64,000 bases of DNA from Bacteroidota bacterium (GCA_016213435.1 JACRAL010000037.1:19503-83502), one strand, 5' to 3'. Positions 9,144 through 18,404 are shown, counted from the first letter of the stretch. Numbers and translations: made by a program. The notes: a model not told the origin generated them from the sequence alone.

Positions 9144-9225
9144 TACCCGGAGGGGGACTTGAACCCCCACACCTTGCGGCATACGCCCCTCAAACGTACT
9201 TGTCTACCAATTCCAACATCCGGGC
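9144..9225 (-). tRNA. tRNA-Leu (anticodon GAG), class II with a long variable arm
   Basis: The reverse complement is GCCCGGATGTTGGAATTGGTAGACAAGTACGTTTGAGGGGCGTATGCCGCAAGGTGTGGGGGTTCAAGTCCCCCTCCGGGTA. Acceptor, anticodon (TT-GAG-GG) and T-arm all pair. Confidence 0.9.
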
Positions 9226-9286
9226 AAAAAAGAATATCAAATAAAGGGATGCAAAAATAAGGATTTCTCCGTAGTGAAAAATAAAA

Positions 9287-10825
9287 TTATTTGCTGAAGA
9301 TATCTGCCACTGAGAGAGGTCTTTCGTTTTCTCTCCATACAAATTCTTTCAGCAAAAACTCTTTCGGAACAAAATCTTTCATCGGGAAAAGTGTGGCATC
9401 CGGTTTTTTTAAGAAGGTGATCTTTTCAATGGCGTTTTCTTTCAGATAGATTATTAGGTTGCTGCAATCGGCTTTATTAATTCCAATTTTTTTTTCTTTG
9501 TCTTTGGCAAAATAAATGGTTTGTCCGTTTCCTTCCACATAAATTCTTGAAAGCTTGTTGTTTTTAAAATAACCCGTCATCTCTTTTCCTTTTATCTGGT
9601 TGTATTTTACCGAATCTTCTTTCGAAACAATCAGCGCTGCCTCTTTTAGGAACATAGTTGTTATTTCTCCTCCGCTTGTTTTTAATTCTATTTTTCTGGC
9701 AATAAGCTGATTTTTTTCTGACCAAATGATAGGCTGTTTATAAAGCCGCATGATAGAATCCTTGCCGGAATAAACCAGCGAGTCGCAGCTTCCCTGTATG
9801 TCTGTTCTGTAAAATTTTACTTTGTGGTAGGCGTACAATATCCTCCATGTAACAGACGTGTCAGCTTCATTTTTTTTATTGAAAGGATGTTCATCCACAG
9901 TGCGAAGTGTATCTGCATGAAGAAACAGTGTATCTGAGCCATAAAATTGTTTTAACAAGGCATGGCCTGAGATAATGGATGTTTCCTTTTTTTCAAGAAG
10001 CAGGGCGCGGTCTCCTGTAACAATAATACTTTGTGCGCTGTCAGTAATGGAAACATTTCCGAAAGCGGTTCCGATCTTGTTAATACGGTCGTAATGAATG
10101 CTGTCGCCTGCCATTTTCCGCTCAGGGGTAATGATGCTGGCATTCTTACTGAACTGGGCGTTATCATTATCCGTATTGTACCATCCGCTTTCGCAGTAAA
10201 TAAGATTGTCTTTGTTTTTTATTCGTGTAGGACCAAGAAAATAAGCCGTATTATTTTCCGAGCTGTAATTCAGCGTGTCGCAGTAAATTACGTATTGCGG
10301 ATTGGTGAGCACCACATTTTTTTTGAAGGAGAATATTTTTGTTTTAGGATTATAATACCCGTGATCGCTTGTAAGTACATTTTGCTTGCTGGTGATGGTT
10401 CCACCGTTCGGATAATTAACCATGCGGGAAGACATGTCGTAATAGAGAAGTTCGGTTTGCAAGGTAGTTCCCTTCTGAATCAGGCGTATGTTTTTATGAA
10501 TTTCCGCCATGCTTGTGTTGCTGTTGTACTTCAGAAATTGCCCGTAAATGGTGAGAGAATCTCCCTGTTGAATGCGGACATTTCCGAATGCATCAATGTT
10601 GTTGTCTGGATATTTATATGCGCTGTCGCAGTAGAGCAGGGTGTTTCCATCCTTTAACCTAACATCACCGATTAATCGCTGAACATCTTTTCCAAGTCCC
10701 TCGTCATGCTCCAGTGTATTGGCGTGAAGTATCTCTACTTGTTTTGTTTGGGTTTGGGCAATGGAAGAAAAGGTAAATAGCAGACAATAAATAAATGGGA
10801 AAAAATAAATTTTCATATCGTACAA
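9287..10825 (-). CDS. OstA-like (LptD N-terminal domain repeat) protein
   Basis: 512 aa with a signal peptide and repeated OstA-like beta-jellyroll motifs (GDVRL..G...L.CD.A). Confidence 0.65.
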   Translation of the reverse strand: MYDMKIYFFPFIYCLLFTFSSIAQTQTKQVEILHANTLEHDEGLGKDVQRLIGDVRLKDGNTLLYCDSAYKYPDNNIDAFGNVRIQQGDSLTIYGQFLKYNSNTSMAEIHKNIRLIQKGTTLQTELLYYDMSSRMVNYPNGGTITSKQNVLTSDHGYYNPKTKIFSFKKNVVLTNPQYVIYCDTLNYSSENNTAYFLGPTRIKNKDNLIYCESGWYNTDNDNAQFSKNASIITPERKMAGDSIHYDRINKIGTAFGNVSITDSAQSIIVTGDRALLLEKKETSIISGHALLKQFYGSDTLFLHADTLRTVDEHPFNKKNEADTSVTWRILYAYHKVKFYRTDIQGSCDSLVYSGKDSIMRLYKQPIIWSEKNQLIARKIELKTSGGEITTMFLKEAALIVSKEDSVKYNQIKGKEMTGYFKNNKLSRIYVEGNGQTIYFAKDKEKKIGINKADCSNLIIYLKENAIEKITFLKKPDATLFPMKDFVPKEFLLKEFVWRENERPLSVADIFSK

Positions 10826-10975
10826 AGATATATAACAATGTACACAGGCAATCTATCGGTTTTATGAATATGTTACATCGAGTAGCGTAGCGTATCGAGA
10901 GGTGAGTACGTGCAGTTATTCTGTTCTCGGTGCGCCACGCGAAAAGCGTGACTACTCGAACTGACATAAAAAAAA

Positions 10976-10996
10976 GGCAGGTAAACCACGCCTGCC
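10976..10996 (-). terminator. Rho-independent terminator after 11027-11641
   Basis: The hairpin ggcagg-taaaccacg-cctgcc is flanked by an A-run on the plus strand, which is a T-run on the minus strand. Confidence 0.65.
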
Positions 10997-11026
10997 TTTA
11001 TCATGAAAAACAAACAACAATGAAAA

Positions 11027-11641
11027 CTAAAGTGCGATACTGTTCAGCACATTGCTCCACGGACTCATTCCGTTTTTGTCAATTATTCCCGCTCGGAAAA
11101 AGTAACGGGTGCCGCTGATCAAACCACTCTTTACAAATTTTGCTCTTGTAGATTGAGCAATGGTTTGCCAGTTACTCTCGTTGCTTGTGTCGGTGCACAT
11201 TTGGAAAATGCAAGTGGAACGCAACACATGCTTGGTGGACATTTTGATCTCGCCAGGATTGTTGGTTGCAGAAACATTGAACTCTCTTGCTGTGTGTACT
11301 GCCGGAGTTTTTACATCCATTCCTGCACTCAGAATAATTGCCTCCGCATTTAAAGGGTTAGCATTTGCAATGCCTTCCACATAAGCCGCAAGCGACTTCA
11401 GTGAAAGATCAAGCGTTAACTCCCTTGCGTGCATGGCGGCAGTATCGTCTGTACCACCGCCTTCTGAAATAATAGAAGCCGCTTCAAGTGTATTTACATT
11501 GGTTGTAATTACCGGCATCGCTGGACTTGGTGTTGTGAAGTTTACATTACCTGTCATGGAGGTTACAATGAATCTGCCTTTTGCGATCTTTTCAGATATT
11601 GAAAGTCTTGACAACTTCAATACCACAACTGTCTTTTTCAT
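11027..11641 (-). CDS. Hypothetical protein with a fibronectin-III-like C-terminus
   Basis: 204 aa; the C-terminal ..SGTRYFFRAGIIDKNGMSPWS.. is an Fn3-type motif. Confidence 0.5.
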   Translation of the reverse strand: MKKTVVVLKLSRLSISEKIAKGRFIVTSMTGNVNFTTPSPAMPVITTNVNTLEAASIISEGGGTDDTAAMHARELTLDLSLKSLAAYVEGIANANPLNAEAIILSAGMDVKTPAVHTAREFNVSATNNPGEIKMSTKHVLRSTCIFQMCTDTSNESNWQTIAQSTRAKFVKSGLISGTRYFFRAGIIDKNGMSPWSNVLNSIAL

Positions 11642-11763
11642 ACTTTAAAAGGTTGTGTTCCGCAGGGTTTTAATCCCGATAGCTTTTCAAAAGAAAAACC
11701 CCTTGGAACGGTTAATTTACTTTTTAGAGTCCGGACGAGTAGTGGTATTGCATGTGATTTGGT

Positions 11764-12243
11764 TTAAATAGGATGTTGCCCCAACCCTGAAGGGAGTAAA
11801 ACAGCACCCTTTAGGGCGGGGGAAAGACTATAACTCCTATAATATTTTCTTTCTGCGGCATTTCCTATAGAACTTGCGCCAAAAACTATTGATTCTAACT
11901 CATTTACCATAGGGAATGGAACATAAACTATTCTTTCTGTTTCTTTTCCTGAAGGAAATGCGGCAAACACTATTGATTCCATCGCATTTCCTGTCGCTTT
12001 TGCCGAGGAAACTATTGATCTTGTTTCTTTTTGAATTGATTCCCTCTCATTTCCTGAAGTACTTGCGCCAACAACTATTGAATCAATCGCATTTCCTATA
12101 GCTTTTGCGCCAGAAACTATTGACACTGCCTCATTGTGTTTAGACTTCCTCTCATTTCCTGTAGTTTTTGTGTTGGAAACTATTGATTCCACCTCATTGT
12201 TTGAACAACTTGCCGCATTTTGTATTGTTCCCTGCTTTTTCAT
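11764..12243 (-). CDS. Repeat-built ORF (ESIVxxAxxxGN modules); coding status uncertain
   Basis: The 159-aa ORF is made of degenerate tandem DNA modules (aactattgat...catttcct...ttgcgcc) between about 11850 and 12215. Confidence 0.35.
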   Translation of the reverse strand: MKKQGTIQNAASCSNNEVESIVSNTKTTGNERKSKHNEAVSIVSGAKAIGNAIDSIVVGASTSGNERESIQKETRSIVSSAKATGNAMESIVFAAFPSGKETERIVYVPFPMVNELESIVFGASSIGNAAERKYYRSYSLSPALKGAVLLPSGLGQHPI

Positions 12244-12415
12244 TTTTGATCGCCTCTTTTTCTGACTTTAACGGCAGCGGGTTGTAATTTGTTTTAAAAC
12301 TTTTGTTAAAGAATGTTAAAAGAAGAGTTGCAATAAGAAATCTTAACGATAGTGGTCAAATAAACAAATACTGAAACTGGATTAATTTTGTACTTTAACT
12401 GCATCTTTTCATGTA

Positions 12416-12754
12416 GTGAAATCAATAATGCCCAACCAAAATCCTGAACAAATAGCGCGCGATCACATCGACAAACAATTGATCGAATGCGGATGGATTA
12501 TTCAGGATAAGAAAAAATTAAACTTAACTGCCGGATTGGGTGTTGCTATTCGCGAATATCAAACCGATATTGGTCCCGCTGATTATGTATTGTTTGTAAG
12601 TGGAAAGCCGGTTGGTGTAATTGAAGCCAAGCGCAAAGAAGAAGGCGTGCATTTAAGCACGGTGGAAGATCAGGCGCGGGAATATGCTACTGCAAAATTG
12701 CGTTGGCAAAGTATTTTAAAGAAGGCGTTTGAGGGGAAATTAATAAAACCATAA
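12416..12754 (+). pseudogene. Chimeric remnant: type I restriction HsdR N-terminal domain fused to the last ~17 codons of an hsdS gene
   Basis: ARDHIDKQLIECGWIIQD...GVAIREYQTDIGPADYVLFVSGKPVGVIEAKR is an HsdR_N-type domain. The ORF then ends RWQSILKKAFEGKLIKP*, the conserved C-terminal motif of HsdS. Confidence 0.65.
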
Positions 12755-12757
12755 ACA

Positions 12758-13420
12758 ATGCAACCAAAACTAAAATCAGAAGGCAAATGCATTTATTGCA
12801 GCCAACACATTGCCAAAAGCCAAATGAACAAGCATTTAGGCAAGCACTTAATTGAAAAATCAGGCAGCACAGGTAAAGACCCGGCTTACCATGTTAAAAT
12901 TGAATGTGGCGAAATGTTTTTACATGTATTAATAAAAGGAGCAGCCACTTTTAAAACACTCGATACATTTTTACGTTCAATATGGCTCGATTGCTGCGGG
13001 CACATGAGCGAGTTTGAGGGTGCAGGTATGTCAAATAAATTTCAGGATGTTGCTTCGCCCGGAGATACCTATTTGTACGTGTATGATATGGGCAGTTCTA
13101 CCCAATTAAAAGTTTCTGTAAGCGGGGTGTATGATATTCCAATGAAAGAAAAAATAGAATTGCTATCCCGCAACGAGCCGCTTAAAATTATGTGCCACGT
13201 CTGTCATAAAAAACCGGCAATAGCAATGTGTACAATTCACATGTGTGAATCGGATGAATTTATGTTTTGCGATACTTGTACTAAAAAACACGAACAGGAG
13301 TGTGAAGATTTTTCCGATTATGCAAACATGCCTGTTGTAAACTCTCCCCGTATGGGCGTATGTGGCTACATGGGCGGACATATTGATAAAGAAAGAGACG
13401 GAGTTTATGCAGGTAAGTAA
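12758..13420 (+). CDS. PRiA4b-ORF3-like domain protein with a Cys-rich (zinc-finger-like) C-terminus
   Basis: YHVKIECGEMFLHVLIKGAATFKTLDTFLRSIWLDCCGHMSEF...GDTYLYVYDMGSSTQLKV follows the PRiA4_ORF3 pattern. It is followed by CHVCH..C..H.C....C..C....EC. Confidence 0.55.
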   Translation: MQPKLKSEGKCIYCSQHIAKSQMNKHLGKHLIEKSGSTGKDPAYHVKIECGEMFLHVLIKGAATFKTLDTFLRSIWLDCCGHMSEFEGAGMSNKFQDVASPGDTYLYVYDMGSSTQLKVSVSGVYDIPMKEKIELLSRNEPLKIMCHVCHKKPAIAMCTIHMCESDEFMFCDTCTKKHEQECEDFSDYANMPVVNSPRMGVCGYMGGHIDKERDGVYAGK

Positions 13421-13430
13421 AATAAATTGA

Positions 13431-13496
13431 ATGAGAACAAAGACATTGAGGCAAAGTATATTGAAGAAGGCGTTTGAGGGGAGGTTGGTAAAATAA
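13431..13496 (+). pseudogene. Second hsdS 3'-terminal remnant (21 codons)
   Basis: MRTKTLRQSILKKAFEGRLVK*. About 35 nt are near-identical to 12703-12737. Confidence 0.65.
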
Positions 13497-13585
13497 AAAT
13501 CACAAGGATGAAAAAATATTCAGCAATTCAGTTAACGAGAAAACCTCGGCAACTGAACTGAGTTAAAACATACAAATAAAGTGGC

Positions 13586-14599
13586 ATGGAAAACAATCAA
13601 CTTATATTTTACTCGACACCGGAAGGCAATGTAAAAGTGGAAGTGGTTTTTGAAAGCGAAACATTTTGGCTAAGCCAGAAACGAATTGCAGATTTGTTTA
13701 GTGTAGATGTAAGAACCATCAATGAGCATTTGCGAAATATTTATGCCTCAGGCGAATTGCAAAAAGATTCAACTATCCGGAATTTCCGGATAGTTCAAAA
13801 AGAAGGCAAGAGAAAGGTAACAAGGGATGTTGATTTTTACAGGTTAGAGATAATTATTGCCGTTGGCTACCGTGTAAACTCTGCACAGGCAACACAGTTT
13901 CGCATTTGGGCAACCAATACACTAAAAGAGTTTATCACCAAAGGTTTTGTGCTGGATGATGAACGATTAAAACAAGGAAAAAATTTTGGTAAAGATTATT
14001 TTGATGAACTGCTTGAGCGCATTCGTGAAATCCGTGCAAGCGAACGCAGGTTCTATCAAAAGATTACCGATCTGTATGCACTTTGTGCCGACTACCATAA
14101 AGATTCTGAAATCACTCAGGATTTTTTTGCATCGGTGCAAAACAAACTGCATTGGGCAATTACAGGAAAAACGGCAGCCGAAATAATTTACACCGAAGCC
14201 GATGCTGCTAAAATTTTCATGGGGTTAAAAACATGGAAACGAGCACCATTAGGAAAAATTTTGAAGAGTGATGTTGCCGTAGCAAAAAATTATTTGAATG
14301 AAGCGCACATTCAGGAACTCAACCGCATCGTATCTGCTTACTTGGATTTGGCGGAGAATAATGCCCTGCGAAACCAACTAATGTATATGAAAGACTGGAG
14401 CAAGTTTTTGGGCAACTTTTTACAACTTTCAAATTATCCCATCCTGAAAGAAAAGGGCAAAGTATCAATGCTGGAAGCCAAACTGAAAGCCGAAAGTGAA
14501 TTTGAAAAATACCGTGTACTACAAGACAGAGAATATGAATCTGATTTTGACAGAGCAGTAAAAAAAATATCAAAGCCGAACGCAAAAAAGAAAAAATAA
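13586..14599 (+). CDS. rhuM: RhuM-family virulence protein
   Basis: 337 aa. NQLIFYSTPEGNVKVEVVFESETFWLSQKRIADLFSVDVRTINEHLRNIY is the typical RhuM N-terminus. Genes of this family are commonly embedded in type I R-M loci. Confidence 0.8.
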   Translation: MENNQLIFYSTPEGNVKVEVVFESETFWLSQKRIADLFSVDVRTINEHLRNIYASGELQKDSTIRNFRIVQKEGKRKVTRDVDFYRLEIIIAVGYRVNSAQATQFRIWATNTLKEFITKGFVLDDERLKQGKNFGKDYFDELLERIREIRASERRFYQKITDLYALCADYHKDSEITQDFFASVQNKLHWAITGKTAAEIIYTEADAAKIFMGLKTWKRAPLGKILKSDVAVAKNYLNEAHIQELNRIVSAYLDLAENNALRNQLMYMKDWSKFLGNFLQLSNYPILKEKGKVSMLEAKLKAESEFEKYRVLQDREYESDFDRAVKKISKPNAKKKK

Positions 14600-16095
14600 T
14601 GAGCAAAGAAAATTCAGCAAACACATCCAGCATAGTAGGCAAAGTATGGGCATTTTGTAATACCCTGCGCGATGATGGCGTTGGCTACGGAGATTATTTG
14701 GAGCAGCTAACTTATTTGCTGTTTTTAAAAATGGCTGATGAGTACAGCAAGCCGCCTCATAGCCGTAAAATGCCTATCCCTAAAAAATATGCATGGGAAA
14801 CATTAACCAATAAAAGCGGGAGCGAGTTGGAAACGCATTACAATATTTTGTTGCGTGAGTTGGCAAAAGAAAAAGGCATTCTTGGTCAAATATTTATAAA
14901 GAGCCAAAATAAAATTCAGGATCCTGCCAAGTTGTATAAACTCATTGCTCTCATCAATGCCGAGCAATGGATTTTAATGGGCGTAAAAGACAAAGGAGAT
15001 ATTTACGAGGGACTGCTCGAGAAAAACGCAGAAGATACCAAGAGCGGAGCCGGTCAGTATTTTACACCCCGCGCTTTGATTAAAGCCATGGTAGAATGTA
15101 TTCGCCCGGAGCCCAATAAAACCATTGCCGATCCTGCCTGCGGCACAGGTGGTTTCTTTTTAGCAGCTTATGATTGGATTGTAGAAAATCAGGACTTAGA
15201 TAAAGCAGCAAAGAAGTTTTTGAAATTCGATACCTTTTTCGGCAATGAGATTGTCGCCAGTACCAGGCGTTTGGCATTAATGAATTTGTTCCTGCATAAC
15301 ATTGGCGATATTGATTCAGATAATTTTATTTCTCCAAACGATTCCTTGATTTCAGATTCCGGTACACGTTGCGATTATGTGTTAGCTAATCCTCCTTTCG
15401 GCAAAAAAAGCAGCATGACTTTCACCAACGAAGAAGGGGAACAGGAGAAAGAGGAATTAACCTACAACCGCCAGGATTTTTGGGTTACCACCAGCAACAA
15501 GCAATTGAATTTTTTGCAGCATATCCACACCATGTTAAAGACAACAGGACTGGCAGCGGTGGTGTTGCCGGATAATGTGTTATTTGAAGGTGGAGTGGGT
15601 GAAACCGTGCGCAAGAAATTAATGGAGACGATGGATCTGCATACCATCCTTCGTTTGCCCACCGGAATATTTTATGCCAATGGCGTAAAAGCAAATGTGT
15701 TTTTCTTTGATGGCAAACCATCCAGCAAAAACCCATGGACAAAAGAAGTATGGGTGTATGATTACAGAACCAACATCCATCACACCCAAAAGAAAAACCC
15801 TTTGAAGTTAGAAGACCTGCGGGATTTCATCACACTATATAACCCAAAAAACAGGAACAAGCGTAAAGAAACCTACAACGAAAAAACAAATCCCGATGGG
15901 CGCTGGCGCAAATTTACCTACGATGAGATTATTGCACGTGATAAAACATCGTTGGATATTACCTGGCTAAAAGATAAATCCCTTGCCGACTTGGATAACC
16001 TCCCCGATCCGGAAGTATTGGCTTTGGAAATCGTGGAGAATATAGAAGCGGGGTTGGAGAATTTTAAAACAATAATTGCATCATTAACAAAATAG
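14599..16095 (+). CDS. hsdM: Type I R-M DNA methyltransferase subunit HsdM (N6-adenine), apparently intact
   Basis: 498 aa with an HsdM N-terminal domain, the AdoMet motif DPACGTGGF and the catalytic NPPFG. Confidence 0.9.
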   Translation: MSKENSANTSSIVGKVWAFCNTLRDDGVGYGDYLEQLTYLLFLKMADEYSKPPHSRKMPIPKKYAWETLTNKSGSELETHYNILLRELAKEKGILGQIFIKSQNKIQDPAKLYKLIALINAEQWILMGVKDKGDIYEGLLEKNAEDTKSGAGQYFTPRALIKAMVECIRPEPNKTIADPACGTGGFFLAAYDWIVENQDLDKAAKKFLKFDTFFGNEIVASTRRLALMNLFLHNIGDIDSDNFISPNDSLISDSGTRCDYVLANPPFGKKSSMTFTNEEGEQEKEELTYNRQDFWVTTSNKQLNFLQHIHTMLKTTGLAAVVLPDNVLFEGGVGETVRKKLMETMDLHTILRLPTGIFYANGVKANVFFFDGKPSSKNPWTKEVWVYDYRTNIHHTQKKNPLKLEDLRDFITLYNPKNRNKRKETYNEKTNPDGRWRKFTYDEIIARDKTSLDITWLKDKSLADLDNLPDPEVLALEIVENIEAGLENFKTIIASLTK

Positions 16096-16106
16096 CAACT
16101 CATAAC

Positions 16107-16514
16107 GTGTATAGTATGATAGAACAAACCGAACTTGTTGTTACTAAATGGACATACAACCCACCTACGGATACTTCAGTAGGCGAAAAAAAGATCATTT
16201 CTTCCTTAGAGTTTGACATTATGAAGAAAAGAAACTCTGTGAAAAAAGGAATTCTCTGCAGGTTTACTGCTGAGTTTGAGATTGGAAATGAACAAGTACT
16301 TATTTATGTGGGAGAGGATTCTTATGTGATGGACTTTGAGGATGTAGTGGATAAAAACGAACTGCAAACCATGATCCGTAATTCATATTCAAAGTTCAAT
16401 GAAGCATTTGAATTCCGCAAACTCAGTACTGTGCTTCACAGCAATTATGTAAAACCCTTCGATGAGTCCATCATTGATTATGATGTATTGGTTCATTTTG
16501 TTTCATTCGTCTGA
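16107..16514 (+). CDS. Hypothetical protein in the position normally held by hsdS
   Basis: 135-aa ORF beginning 12 nt after hsdM; it has no HsdS features. Confidence 0.4.
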   Translation: MYSMIEQTELVVTKWTYNPPTDTSVGEKKIISSLEFDIMKKRNSVKKGILCRFTAEFEIGNEQVLIYVGEDSYVMDFEDVVDKNELQTMIRNSYSKFNEAFEFRKLSTVLHSNYVKPFDESIIDYDVLVHFVSFV

Positions 16515-16608
16515 GAAGATAACCTTAGTTTTTTTAGTGAATTTTATAGGGAAGGTGTTAAATTCAGATCTGTATTAGAATCCTTTATTTGTGTGCTCTT
16601 CTGCGGTC

Positions 16609-17133
16609 TCAGCGTGAATAATAAGGGGAGATCATGAGGTAAACAATAACGCCTGTAATGGTAACATATAGCCAAACAGGAAAGCTCCATCTGACAATTT
16701 TTTTATGTTGAGCAATTTTCATATTCAGTCCGAAATAGAAGGAGATAAGAATAAAAGGCAGTACAAGCGATGCAAGAAGAATATGGGAAATCAGTATTAA
16801 TAAATACCATGGCCGTAGCAGATTATCTGTAGGAAATTTCGTTTCTTCAGAAAAATAATGATACAGAATATATGATATAAGAAAAACAGAGGATAAAAAG
16901 AAAGCGGTAATATTTATGTTTTTGTGAACAGGAACGTTTTTTCTTTTAATGAAATAGAAAGAGGCAAGGAGTAAAACAGAACAGGTTCCGTTTATGGTGG
17001 CGTTAAGGAGAGGCAAATGCCTGACAAATTCCGGAACATAATCCGGTTTTGGGATAATGTTTAAAATAATTACAACAGCAAATACAATAATTGAAATAAC
17101 AACACTGAGTGTAAATATTTTTTTGTCTGTCAT
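16609..17133 (-). CDS. DUF420 membrane protein
   Basis: 174 aa with 4-5 TM helices. It overlaps the SCO1 gene by 4 nt, which is the usual pairing. Confidence 0.65.
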   Translation of the reverse strand: MTDKKIFTLSVVISIIVFAVVIILNIIPKPDYVPEFVRHLPLLNATINGTCSVLLLASFYFIKRKNVPVHKNINITAFFLSSVFLISYILYHYFSEETKFPTDNLLRPWYLLILISHILLASLVLPFILISFYFGLNMKIAQHKKIVRWSFPVWLYVTITGVIVYLMISPYYSR

Positions 17134-17855
17134 TGGTGTGTTTGAATTAGATCAGACGGTGTGTTGTTGGGTTCGTATTCAGTGCGAAGCATTTTTATGT
17201 CCTGAATGAGTTTGTCAACCTGAGTAGAGTCCGTTCCGTTATAATAGCCACGGATCCGTTTGTCTTTATCTACAAGAACAAACATTTCGCTGTGCAGGAA
17301 TCCTCCCGGTGAGCGCACATCTTCGTCCACGCCAAGTTTATAGCCGTCAATTGCAATATCGTAAATTTCTTTTTTCTTTCCTGTTACAAGCATCCAGTTT
17401 TTAGAATCGGCATGAATGCTTTTTGCATATTCTGCAAGCACGGGAACACTGTCGTGTGCCGGATTTACGCTGTGAGAAATAATAAACGTTTCGGGAATAT
17501 CCTGAATTAATGTGTTGACGCGTTCCATCTGGGACATCATTTTTGGGCACACTGATGGGCAGGTGCTGAAAAAGAAATTAGCGACATAAGTCTTATCCTG
17601 AAAATATTTTTCTGTTACAGTATCACCCAACTGATTGACGAATCTGAATGGAGGTATCGTATGATAGACGGTATCTGTTTTTTCTTTTCCGTCAACAATA
17701 ATTTTCCGAACTTCTTCTGGAAAGTAAATAGGAAGTTGTAATGATGGATGAGAGTTTGTGCGAAAAAAAAGATAAAAAAGTAAAGGAGTGATAAGAACAA
17801 TGAAGAAGAAAACGATTTTTTTCATAAATGGTGTAACACGAAAGCGAATATACAA
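17130..17855 (-). CDS. SCO1/SenC copper chaperone family protein
   Basis: Thioredoxin fold with the CPSVCP (CxxxC) motif. The true start is possibly MKKIVFFF at 17825. Confidence 0.85.
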   Translation of the reverse strand: MYIRFRVTPFMKKIVFFFIVLITPLLFYLFFRTNSHPSLQLPIYFPEEVRKIIVDGKEKTDTVYHTIPPFRFVNQLGDTVTEKYFQDKTYVANFFFSTCPSVCPKMMSQMERVNTLIQDIPETFIISHSVNPAHDSVPVLAEYAKSIHADSKNWMLVTGKKKEIYDIAIDGYKLGVDEDVRSPGGFLHSEMFVLVDKDKRIRGYYNGTDSTQVDKLIQDIKMLRTEYEPNNTPSDLIQTHQ

Positions 17856-18008
17856 ACTAATGCAAAATGTTATCTGGATTTATTTTCTCTGCAGCGGATA
17901 GGGGGAATTGATAGGGAGGTTCGAGCAAATATTTACGAAGGAATAAAAATGATTCGAAACGAAATACTATTTTCGTCAAGGAGATTAGCGTAGAATAAAA
18001 AAAGAAAA

Positions 18009-18404
18009 TTACTTTTCTGCTGTTGCTAATTCCGGCTCCTTAGCAACTGTAGCTTCAGTTTCTTTCAACTCATCGATCTTGGCTTTCTTGCCGATCGCTC
18101 CGCGCAGATAGAAGAGTTTTGCTCTGCGTACTTCGCCTCGTTTTTCTACAGTAATGGATTCAATGAAAGTGGAGTAGAGTGGGAAAATACGTTCAACGCC
18201 CACGCCATTTGAAATCTTCCTGACAGTAAAGGTTTTTACATTGCCTTGTCCTTTTCGCTGGATGACAACGCCTGAGAACTGCTGAACGCGTTCTTTGTCT
18301 CCTTCCTTGATTTTATAATTGATGGTAACTGTATCTCCTGCTTTGAAGTCAGGAATGCTTGGTTTTACCATTATTTGTTCTTCAGCGTATTTCAGTAAGT
18401 CCAT
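18009..18404 (-). CDS. rplS: 50S ribosomal protein L19
   Basis: [33 protein letters not shown]...[16 protein letters not shown]. Confidence 0.95.
   Translation of the reverse strand: MDLLKYAEEQIMVKPSIPDFKAGDTVTINYKIKEGDKERVQQFSGVVIQRKGQGNVKTFTVRKISNGVGVERIFPLYSTFIESITVEKRGEVRRAKLFYLRGAIGKKAKIDELKETEATVAKEPELATAEK

Noticed and set aside
8945-9244. 99-aa plus-strand ORF
   Set aside because: Its 3' half is the antisense of tRNA-Leu, and the GLEPP-type peptide is a tRNA read-through artefact. I kept only the first ~55 codons as a possible recombinase remnant.
10031-10657. 208-aa plus-strand ORF
   Set aside because: It is the antisense shadow of the OstA-like gene and has no motifs.
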